Source: Nostoc sp. PCC 7120 = FACHB-418 (GTDB taxonomy: Bacteria; Cyanobacteriota; Cyanobacteriia; Cyanobacteriales; Nostocaceae). Taken from it: DNA of 32,000 bases. The DNA lies in contig NC_003272.1 of the NCBI RefSeq assembly GCF_000009705.1, positions 3,030,001 through 3,062,000 of the forward strand. Direction: 5' to 3'. Shown one piece after another: positions 17,813 to 25,040 of the stretch; the stretch's first letter is position 1; each line of letters begins with the position of its first letter. Under the pieces are notes generated by a model, which was not told where the DNA came from, did not search any database, and saw only the letters and a program-made list of their open reading frames with translations. Made by a program: the position numbers and the translations under genes.

Positions 17813-17968
17813 AGGGGAGCAGGGAGCAGGGAGCAGGGGAAATTTTGAATTTTGTAGCTTTAGCTTACCGTAGGCTATTTTGAATTTTGTTGGTGTAGCC
17901 TACCCTGCGAGTTCTCCGCAGGAGTAGCCGTAGGGTATTTTGAATTTTGAATTTTGAATTTTGAATTG
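17813..17968. repeat. composite STRR region (GGGAGCA array, three AATTTTG blocks, embedded hairpins)
   Basis: (A)GGGAGC x3-4 at 17813-17841. AATTTTG blocks at 17841-17854, 17877-17889 and 17937-17968. Between the blocks, GTAGGCTA/TAGCCTAC and CCTGCG/CGCAGG form complementary pairs. The region fills the whole spacer between two convergent genes. Confidence 0.85.
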
Positions 17969-17969
17969 A

Positions 17970-18590
17970 TCACTCCCTCTTCTGCCCATAAGCTTGCCAA
18001 GCCAAGTCTATCAAACCATCGGCGATCGCAGCTGCGACAACAGCATTACCTTTGCGGCTGTCGATTGTGATATTAGGGACTAAAGAGTCTTGCAAGCGCC
18101 TTTTGGCATCTTCTATATCTCCTAACCCTACAGGAGTAGCAATGATTAAAGCCGGGTTAATCTCTTCTGCTTCAATTAAATTGACTAATGTAGTTAAAGC
18201 TGTTGGCGCTTGACCTACTATAAAAATACCTTCTGGATAGCGTTTGGCTAAAGTTTCAATTCCCCATGCGGCGCGAGTTTTTTCTATTTGGGGACGAGTC
18301 AAAGTTTCTGTACTGCAAAAAACTGGGTTAGCAAAGGTTTTTTGAATATCGTAAGCAATACCTGTTTGCACCATCGGTACATCTACCACAATAGTAGTCC
18401 GTGCTGCCAATGCGGCGGCTCCGGCTTGTAAAGCACGCTCAGAAAACCTGATTAAAGACTTGTACTCAAAATCAGCCGTAGCGTAAATTACGCGGCGAAC
18501 AATTTCATATTCTGCTGGCGAGAACACATGATCGCCAATTTCACTATCGATAATTGCTAAACTTTGAGCATCACTTACGTGCCATTCCAT
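17970..18590 (-). CDS. cobH: precorrin-8X methylmutase (CobH/CbiC)
   Basis: 206 aa. IIDSEIGDHVFSPAEYEIVRRVIYATADFEY and the C-terminal GNAVVAAAI are typical of CobH/CbiC. Confidence 0.9.
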   Translation of the reverse strand: MEWHVSDAQSLAIIDSEIGDHVFSPAEYEIVRRVIYATADFEYKSLIRFSERALQAGAAALAARTTIVVDVPMVQTGIAYDIQKTFANPVFCSTETLTRPQIEKTRAAWGIETLAKRYPEGIFIVGQAPTALTTLVNLIEAEEINPALIIATPVGLGDIEDAKRRLQDSLVPNITIDSRKGNAVVAAAIADGLIDLAWQAYGQKRE

Positions 18591-18653
18591 TGCTATTCAA
18601 TTCTCAGAGACTAGCTTTCAGCTTATCAGTTTGGGCGATCGCTAAGTAAGAGG

Positions 18654-18692
18654 AGATAGATTAGAGATTAGAGATTAGAGCTTAGAGGCTAG
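18654..18692. repeat. STRR-type heptamer array (TTAGAGA, about 5 units)
   Basis: AGATAGA TTAGAGA TTAGAGA TTAGAGC TTAGAGG read directly. Confidence 0.85.
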
Positions 18693-18704
18693 TAATATAT
18701 TTTT

Positions 18705-18736
18705 CACCAATCCCCAATCCCCAATCCCCAATCCCA
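18705..18736. repeat. STRR-type heptamer array (CCCCAAT, about 4 units)
   Basis: CACCAAT CCCCAAT CCCCAAT CCCCAAT CCC. The array abuts the stop codon at 18738-18740. Confidence 0.85.
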
Positions 18737-18737
18737 T

Positions 18738-19547
18738 CTACGAATTAGCATTAGACGAAGGACGACTAAAAACAGGGGATAAGTAAGCCACTAAACCCCC
18801 AATGAAGAAACCGGAGAAGTTGCGGACTAGAGGTAGCCAGTCACTTGTGCGCGTTACCACAGGCCCGATACCAAAGGCTATGAACAAAATTCCCCACAAT
18901 GGTGAGAAAATTAAAGCCCATTGCCAAGCAAAAATTTGTCCTTCCTTGCGGGGTTGTCCAGCAAAGCCACAAATAATTCCACCAATAATGGATGTAATTA
19001 AGGTTAAAATCCACTGTTCCCTGGGTAGTCCAGGTACAACGTTACAACCACCTTTAAGTAAACAGCCTTTAACTGAATCTAAAGCTTGTAAAATCGCTTG
19101 GTCTTCACCTTGTTCTCGGACAAAATACAAATTCCCAAAGCGGGTTTGTAGTTCTATCCAAAAAGTCCGGGGTAACAGTTCATAAACTGCATCACCAACG
19201 CTAAAACTGAGGATGTTCCCGCCACGGGAGTCAGCAACTAGGAGAATGCTTTTATCATCCAAACCCCAATAATTAATTACAGCCCTACCCGGAGTGCGGT
19301 CATACTGAGTCAGTACACGTAGTTTCCAACCAGTATCAGCCTCAAATTGCTCTATGTCTTCGACTAGCTTTTCTTCTTGCGGGTCAGGGAGTGATTTAGC
19401 TAGGTCTACAACTGGTGTGAAAAACTTAGGTAACAACTCAGGATTGTCGTAAGCCAGCGCAGAGGGGGAATTCATTACCCAAAGTGACCCAGCCAAGAAA
19501 AATACTGTAATAGATACTAAAATTCGTCGCCAAAAACGAGACTGCAT
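18738..19547 (-). CDS. TPM-domain membrane protein (secreted/lumenal domain plus C-terminal TM segments)
   Basis: Signal peptide ending SALA, a TPM-like segment (VVDLAKSLPDPQEEKLVEDIEQFEADTGWKLRVLT, ILLVADSRGGN) and hydrophobic C-terminal helices. ATG at 19547 is preferred over the TTG at 19586. Confidence 0.6.
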   Translation of the reverse strand: MQSRFWRRILVSITVFFLAGSLWVMNSPSALAYDNPELLPKFFTPVVDLAKSLPDPQEEKLVEDIEQFEADTGWKLRVLTQYDRTPGRAVINYWGLDDKSILLVADSRGGNILSFSVGDAVYELLPRTFWIELQTRFGNLYFVREQGEDQAILQALDSVKGCLLKGGCNVVPGLPREQWILTLITSIIGGIICGFAGQPRKEGQIFAWQWALIFSPLWGILFIAFGIGPVVTRTSDWLPLVRNFSGFFIGGLVAYLSPVFSRPSSNANS

Positions 19548-19779
19548 GGACGTTCTTATACAAATATCAACAGTAAAAGTGAACAAGTTACTTCAAAAGA
19601 GTATGAGAAAAGTGATAGTTTGTTACACTTGTTTACTTTACTCTAATCTTAGGGATGAAAGCAAAGATTATTCTTGGAGATTGGGGAGTCAAAGAGAACT
19701 ACAGACGCTGGAATATGTACAAACGTTTTAGGAACATTGCACAGCAAGCCCTATGTACAGAAGTTACACTGCAACGTCT

Positions 19780-20325
19780 CTAAGGAAATTCCTCATCATC
19801 AATGCCGTTGTTCCAGTTAGAAGCTTCACTGTAACCATCATGACTCCGGTATGCTTCTGCTTTGGGTAGGCGATTTTCTGCTTTGAGTGCTTCTCGTTCT
19901 CGAAGAGCAAAAGAAGATGGTTCTGTGATAGATAAACGCTCAACTGCTCGTCTTGTAGTTTTTTGTCGGGTAAAGGTTTTCCAAGCGGTTTTGACACCAA
20001 CAAATATGCTGCGTGTGCCTACTTGCAGATTTTGAGCTTGTTTTCTTGCACCATCTAGGCTTTGATCAACTTGTCTTGCAACCTGACTGGCACTTTTGAC
20101 ACCTTCGCTAACATCTTCTGTTAAATCTGTAATTTCCAAGCCTGTTGTACGGATGGCCTCTAGTGTAGGTGGTAGTTCCCTTGAGAGAGTATCAAATAAC
20201 TTTTCGGCACTGCGAGCTGCCCGTGCTAATTCCTGCAAAGCGGGTATCGCCGCTACCAAAACAGCAGTTAAGCTGGTAGCGACTAAGACAATTGACAGTC
20301 CCAACCAAAACAGGGGTTCAACCAC
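19780..20325 (-). CDS. DUF948-like membrane-anchored coiled-coil protein
   Basis: N-terminal TM (LFWLGLSIVLVATSLTAVLVAAIPAL), then a helical region of the DUF948 type. GTG start. Confidence 0.6.
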   Translation of the reverse strand: MVEPLFWLGLSIVLVATSLTAVLVAAIPALQELARAARSAEKLFDTLSRELPPTLEAIRTTGLEITDLTEDVSEGVKSASQVARQVDQSLDGARKQAQNLQVGTRSIFVGVKTAWKTFTRQKTTRRAVERLSITEPSSFALREREALKAENRLPKAEAYRSHDGYSEASNWNNGIDDEEFP

Positions 20326-20409
20326 GGCAATAAAAATTCAAATAATCTACGACTAGGCTTGTACCTACACAGGAAAACAAGGTTTACTGTATGTATTTCT
20401 GTCTCATAA

Positions 20410-20760
20410 TTATGGGGTTTCTAATTCTTGGGCAAGAGAATCAGCGTCTGGGGTAGCTTGTTGGCGTTTCAAGACTTGGCTTTCGCGCTGACTAGCATCC
20501 ATACCAGCTGCGATCGCATCCCGTAATCTATCTAAAGTTTCATCCCAATTTCGCAAAGCGTTGGTAGACAGCCGATCTGCTTGAATTTGTACACTTGTTG
20601 ATAAATCTTCTGCTAATTCGGGGATGGCATCAGCAGACTTTTTCAAAAGTTTACGAGTTTCGCGCCCTGTGCGTGGAGCAGCAAGCAGCCCTGCTAAAGC
20701 ACCAATGGTAGCTCCCAGCATCATACCGCCAATAAATGTTCCAGAACGGTTATTAGACAT
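20410..20760 (-). CDS. YtxH-domain protein
   Basis: GTFIGGMMLGATIGALAGLLAAPRTGRETRKLLKK is the canonical YtxH N-terminus. GGAGAG SD upstream. Confidence 0.75.
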   Translation of the reverse strand: MSNNRSGTFIGGMMLGATIGALAGLLAAPRTGRETRKLLKKSADAIPELAEDLSTSVQIQADRLSTNALRNWDETLDRLRDAIAAGMDASQRESQVLKRQQATPDADSLAQELETP

Positions 20761-20900
20761 CTTATATTGTTTCTCTCCTTACACTTATTTTAGGTGGTTT
20801 TCGCCTTTTGAAAAACACCAGTAATTTTATCTGATTAATTTAGCGTGACAATATATCAACCAAAAATGTTGCTTTTATGCCTGATATGATTCTACAGACT

Positions 20901-21221
20901 TCATTTTTCCGATATAGAAACTTGTTTGCGGACATAACGCCCCCAGGTGCGTTGACCGAGCAGTAATAAACTCAGAATTTGCCTTACTTGCTGAATTTGG
21001 ATCTGTAAACTTTGGTTACTCAACCGCAGATTTTGAAGATTTTGCTGGCCAAGATAAATATTTTCCGGTGCTTTATATAGTAAATCATGACTACAGCGCT
21101 CATAATCGATGAGGCGATCGGCGATAAATGCTATGAGTCGTTTCAACTGCCAGACTCGCCAAGCTATATAAAGTAGTATTACAGAAATGGCAGTATTAAA
21201 AACTACAACTACTATTGCCAT
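20901..21221 (-). CDS. hypothetical membrane-anchored protein, 106 aa
   Basis: One N-terminal TM segment and a Q/L-rich helical tail. No family recognised. Confidence 0.45.
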   Translation of the reverse strand: MAIVVVVFNTAISVILLYIAWRVWQLKRLIAFIADRLIDYERCSHDLLYKAPENIYLGQQNLQNLRLSNQSLQIQIQQVRQILSLLLLGQRTWGRYVRKQVSISEK

Positions 21222-21361
21222 TTATTTTACGCCTTGTCTCTAGAAAACGGGTTAAGTGAGTGTAGCTTTAGGAATCAGATTTAACTAAGCTAATGCGCGT
21301 CTAAATCTATTTCAAAAATTAGGTATGAGTCCTATATAATTTAATATCTTACTAAAATTTT

Positions 21362-22363
21362 CTACAAGCCTTGAAAATATTTCTTTTGAAATTTATTATA
21401 TATTCTATTGAGAAAAAGCCTCACCAACCTCACTTTAGTTAAACTAGGTATATTACTTTCTTGATATTGTCTGTGGTCAAAAAATTCGTTTATTTCCTTT
21501 AGAATTACTTGCAAACGCTTCAAAATATTTTCAACACGATATTCAACAAAGAAATCTTCTGATAAATTTGCCGATATGGAAGAATCTATCACCTTGAGAA
21601 TACGCTGGACATCATATTCTTGGGAATAACCAGAAATTTTATGACAATTAAAACCAGGGTCTAAATAATCTGACAGTCCACCATTAACACTAGAAAAAAC
21701 CTGACACCCACAAGCCAAGGCTTCCATTGGTTGTAAACCAAAACCTTCACTAACATTCTGTTGCGCCCAGTATTCAGCAGAATCATAAAGATAAACTTTA
21801 GTGCGATTAAATAGCCCAGGTAAATCTTCAACATAAGAATTAACTACCTCGACTTTACATTTTTCTTTTAAAGCTGGAATGAGTTGTTTTATCAGATATT
21901 CAGAAGATTTTCGCGCCTGAACTAAAACATCTATGTCTCTTTCTGTATGTAAATTTCTAAATTCAGGACTAATTTCATTTGGTACATAATAAATGAGAGA
22001 ATTAGGGGCTTTTTGTCCCCAATATCCCAAAGTGTTACGACTCACAGTAATGATGGGAATACTTGCAGGTAGGCTGAACTTATAACCTGCACTGTGAGCA
22101 TGATAAACCACATTGTATGGCTTGAGTTTTGCCGCTAACTTAGCTATGTCAAAACCCCAGCTAATTACAAAGATTACGTCGTCTAAATTTTTCTCTTTCA
22201 ACAGTTCATCAAGAAATAACTTCCCGACTTCTCTTTGACGGTAAGTCACAACTTCGGCATGACAAATTTGTTGCGCCAATTTAAATGATTTTAACTCTGC
22301 CCAAAGACCACCGCAAGCAAATTTGCCATCAGTTCCTGGGACTAAGAAATAAAGTTTTCGCAT
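21362..22363 (-). CDS. glycosyltransferase (GT-B, family 1/4-like)
   Basis: C-terminal EGFGLQPMEALACGCQVFSSVNGGLSDYL resembles the E-x7-E motif region of group-1 glycosyltransferases. Confidence 0.75.
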   Translation of the reverse strand: MRKLYFLVPGTDGKFACGGLWAELKSFKLAQQICHAEVVTYRQREVGKLFLDELLKEKNLDDVIFVISWGFDIAKLAAKLKPYNVVYHAHSAGYKFSLPASIPIITVSRNTLGYWGQKAPNSLIYYVPNEISPEFRNLHTERDIDVLVQARKSSEYLIKQLIPALKEKCKVEVVNSYVEDLPGLFNRTKVYLYDSAEYWAQQNVSEGFGLQPMEALACGCQVFSSVNGGLSDYLDPGFNCHKISGYSQEYDVQRILKVIDSSISANLSEDFFVEYRVENILKRLQVILKEINEFFDHRQYQESNIPSLTKVRLVRLFLNRIYNKFQKKYFQGL

Positions 22364-22385
22364 GAAGGAATAGGAGCAAGGAGAA

Positions 22386-22406
22386 TGACTATTGACTATC
22401 GACTTT
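22386..22406. repeat. short heptamer array (TGACTAT x2 plus a degenerate unit)
   Basis: TGACTAT TGACTAT CGACTTT, 23 nt upstream of the glycosyltransferase ATG. Confidence 0.6.
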
Positions 22407-22432
22407 TTTTGAATTGGAGCGCAGCGACTTGA

Positions 22433-23092
22433 CTAATGACTCTCTCGCCATGCCACCTTAATAAAATGCCCTTGGCGACCCCAAACATCGCGGGAAATAG
22501 TAATATTTTCTACTGCCAAGTTAAAAGGAATCGCAGTGGTAATGTATCGCTGCGCTATTAAGCCTAAATCGGGTGCAATTTCAGATGCGGTGGTAGCTGC
22601 CAATCCTAAGCCTATCAATTGTTCTACAGGACGGAACGGTAACATGAGATTTACACCCACTGCTAGTCCAGCCGCTAGTAGCATAGCCACTGATAAGTTC
22701 GTACCGCACCGGGGGTGTACAGCTAAATCCCATTCACCATTGGTCAGGCGGTGGAGAGCAAGGGTGACAGCACGCCGCAAATTGCTAATATTCACCTCTC
22801 CGTAGAGGTAAAAGCCTTGGTCTGTAGACAAACCACCTAGTAGCTCGTTGTCAACTTGAACTGGGCTTGGTCTACTAATAGGCGTTTGAGTGTTTCTAGT
22901 TTCACTCAAAACCCAAACTGTGGCGTGTTCGAGGGCGTGAACTTGCCGCAGCATCAAGATTTCTTTCAACCCTGGTATGAAAGACAGATTTTTTAGTAAG
23001 TCAGCATCCTGTTTTGGTTGAGGTGTTGTCAAGTCAAAATTTAGAAAATCAAAGGGAGACGAGCTACCTTGAACATAAGCAGAGGTATCCAT
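22433..23092 (-). CDS. conserved-looking hypothetical protein with HALEH and HPRCGTN motifs
   Basis: ATG at 23092 (alternative TTG at 23122). Motifs QVHALEHATV and HPRCGTNLSV are followed by hydrophobic helices. Confidence 0.6.
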   Translation of the reverse strand: MDTSAYVQGSSSPFDFLNFDLTTPQPKQDADLLKNLSFIPGLKEILMLRQVHALEHATVWVLSETRNTQTPISRPSPVQVDNELLGGLSTDQGFYLYGEVNISNLRRAVTLALHRLTNGEWDLAVHPRCGTNLSVAMLLAAGLAVGVNLMLPFRPVEQLIGLGLAATTASEIAPDLGLIAQRYITTAIPFNLAVENITISRDVWGRQGHFIKVAWRESH

Positions 23093-23238
23093 AAGAACAC
23101 TGCTCCCAAGTTGATGGAGCAATATAGATTTCTTACAAATGTAACGCTTGAAGCTAGGGATTGTTGCTAATTTTTGTTGATGATTTTTTCAAGGTCTATT
23201 GACATAAGTTTAAGTCGCCGCCCATTGCTGGTCAGAAT

Positions 23239-23441
23239 GGGTGTAAGGGTATGAGGATGTAATGCTCTATGAGACGCTAAGTGTATTCTTCCGGGGAAGC
23301 AAGCTGCGTGTAGCGTCCCGCAGGCAACGAAGAGAACGACATGAGCGCTCAGTTGAACGCTGACGCTCATACCAAAGTGCGGGTTTGAAGGGGTAATGGT
23401 TTTAGACATTTACACCGTTATCCCTCATACCTTTATCACCC
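23239..23441. repeat. MITE-like element with TACACCC-family imperfect terminal inverted repeats
   Basis: GGGTGTAAGGGTATGAGGATGTAA (23239-23262) versus TTACACCGTTATCCCTCATACCTTTATCACCC (23410-23441). An internal hairpin ATGAGCGCTCAG...CTGACGCTCAT lies at 23341-23370. Confidence 0.5.
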
Positions 23442-23632
23442 TTCTGTTGAGCAATGAGGAAAATAACTCCGCACGATAACTAACAGATGATGATTCTGTT
23501 CTGCTTGATGTTGACGTTTATCAGACTTGCGCTAGAGGTTCACAAAAAAGATGCGTGAGGAGAAAACAATCAGTAAACCATCAAAATTATCTGTATTACC
23601 AGACAACATTCGTCGCTGTGCTAGATGCACTC

Positions 23633-23655
23633 AATGGCGTTTGCCACACGCCATT
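23633..23655 (-). terminator. hairpin just downstream of the LuxR-type gene (weak terminator candidate)
   Basis: AATGGCG (23633-23639) / CGCCATT (23649-23655), 9-nt loop, 8 nt past the stop. No clear T-run. Confidence 0.3.
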
Positions 23656-23663
23656 AACTTGTG

Positions 23664-23927
23664 TCAGTCGTTCTGGTTTGGTAGAGAACAGCAGTTAACG
23701 TCATTCAAGCAGACTTTACCCCACTGTAAAGCCCATCGGACGAGCGCTACTCGGTTTTCCGTTCGCGTCTTGTCGAGGATGTTGCTAATGTGATTATCAA
23801 CTGTGCGTTTGCTAATTTCCAGTTTTGCTGCAATCTCTTGGTTAGTTAAGCCAGCGGCCACTAAGTCGATAATTTGCAGTTCTCTGTCTGACAGAGTAAC
23901 AGGGGTCTGAGACTCGCCACCAGCCAT
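23664..23927 (-). CDS. small LuxR/GerE-type HTH transcriptional regulator (87 aa)
   Basis: LSDRELQIIDLVAAGLTNQEIAAKLEISKRTVDNHISNILDK is a canonical LuxR C-terminal HTH. ATG at 23927 with GGAGG upstream is preferred over the TTG at 24008. Confidence 0.8.
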   Translation of the reverse strand: MAGGESQTPVTLSDRELQIIDLVAAGLTNQEIAAKLEISKRTVDNHISNILDKTRTENRVALVRWALQWGKVCLNDVNCCSLPNQND

Positions 23928-24251
23928 GAGTTCTTTTTTCCTCCGTTGGTATATGTACTTATCACCTTTCTTAATTCTAGAAGATTCTTTTGGCTGTAGG
24001 GATTTCAAGTGTTAGCTGTAATACAATTGACAATATTTTTTTTCTTTTTTAAAGGAATGATAATTTAATTAAATTTTCTGTATATGTATAAAATAATGTA
24101 TTCAAAAAATTAAATATACTTGAAAAATCTGATTGTAGTGCGTATTTTTTTGAGCATTTACATCTAGACTACGTATAAAGTTTATCTTAGTATTGGCAAA
24201 ATCTAAGTATGTCCGGGGTTGATAATATCGACGGAGAAAAGATTTTGGTGG

Positions 24252-24298
24252 ACAATAGTCTTACTTGATGGATTGCCACAATCAAGTAAGACTATTGT
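24252..24298. other. perfect 18-bp inverted repeat (hairpin or operator), function unknown
   Basis: ACAATAGTCTTACTTGAT (24252-24269), loop GGATTGCCACA, then ATCAAGTAAGACTATTGT (24281-24298). Confidence 0.7.
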
Positions 24299-24429
24299 AT
24301 CAAAAATTACTAGCAACTCATGTATGCTAGTAATAAAATTGAGGACGGATATTAGTTAACGCTCTTCTATTACTCTCGTTAAATAAAAATTCACAATCCT
24401 TGATTGTTAAGGCTTTGATAAATTTATGA

Positions 24430-24540
24430 GTAGGTTGGGTTGAGGAACGTAGGCGCAGCCTTCTCATAGAGTAACCCAACACGAAAAATCCTTGGTTTTG
24501 TTGGGTTTCACTAAAGTTCAACCCAACCTACATTTTTTTC
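24430..24540 (+). repeat. nested-hairpin dispersed-repeat element (GTAGGTTGGGTTGA type) with T-run
   Basis: Outer 14-bp perfect stem 24430-24443 / 24518-24531. Inner 9-bp stem AACCCAACA (24473-24481) / TGTTGGGTT (24499-24507). ATTTTTTTCTTT follows. Confidence 0.6.
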
Positions 24541-25040
24541 TTTCATCAAAGTCATAAAAGAGTGTTAATACCTTCTTCTCAATTAGCAAATTACAAAAAG
24601 AAAAAAGTCTATTCTTAATTTAGAAAAAATTGATTTATTAGATTAGTTCTTGTTTTTATATCAAAAATACACAATACCTTAAATTCAATAATTATGAGGG
24701 TTATTAAATCTAAAAGATGCCCTAGGAAATTAGCGTTTGAGGTTCTTATCTTAATTGAAGATATATGTTATGGCGATTCCCAGTTAAGTGAAGTACAGAT
24801 AATATTTTTAAATGCAGAGGTACGCAGATATTTGTGCCTCAGCAGACTAGGAAACGCTATATGTTTGGCACTTTTTAATAAAGTTTCTTCATATTTTTCT
24901 GATTTGGAAACTCTTACACTCCAATACTTGTCTTCATATTGATACTTCACGATCGCCTACGGTGGAATGTAGCCTATAACCGTTTGAGCATTCCCATCCC
25001 ACTTAGTATATCCTTGTATATCCTTTACTACATTAAATAT

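Noticed and set aside
17813-18736. Tandem-repeat regions as possible CRISPR arrays
   Set aside because: The units are 7 nt with no spacers of unique sequence, and no cas genes are present. These are STRR-type microsatellites, not CRISPRs.
18591-18737. Possible cobalamin riboswitch upstream of cobH
   Set aside because: The 147-bp leader consists mostly of heptamer arrays. No B12-box-like sequence is visible.
19546-20003. ORFs 19546-19731 (+) and 19764-20003 (-)
   Set aside because: The first overlaps only the 5' end of the TPM gene (antisense) and otherwise runs through the upstream spacer, with no support. The second is an alternative frame inside the DUF948-like CDS.
23167-23409. 80-aa ORF on the minus strand
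   Set aside because: It lies almost entirely inside the TIR-bounded repeat element, and its sequence (for example HVVLFVACGTLHAACFPGRIHLASHRALHPHTLTP) looks like a translated hairpin or repeat. No SD. Treated as a non-coding repeat.
24327-24521. 64-aa ORF on the minus strand
   Set aside because: It is the translation of the nested GTAGGTTGGGTT hairpin repeat (RLRLRSSTQPT). No start context.
24694-24950. Mutually antisense 82-aa (+) and 60-aa (-) ORFs
   Set aside because: Both occupy the same AT-rich stretch, have no SD and have no recognisable motifs. Open frames like these are expected by chance here, although a small protein cannot be excluded without expression data.
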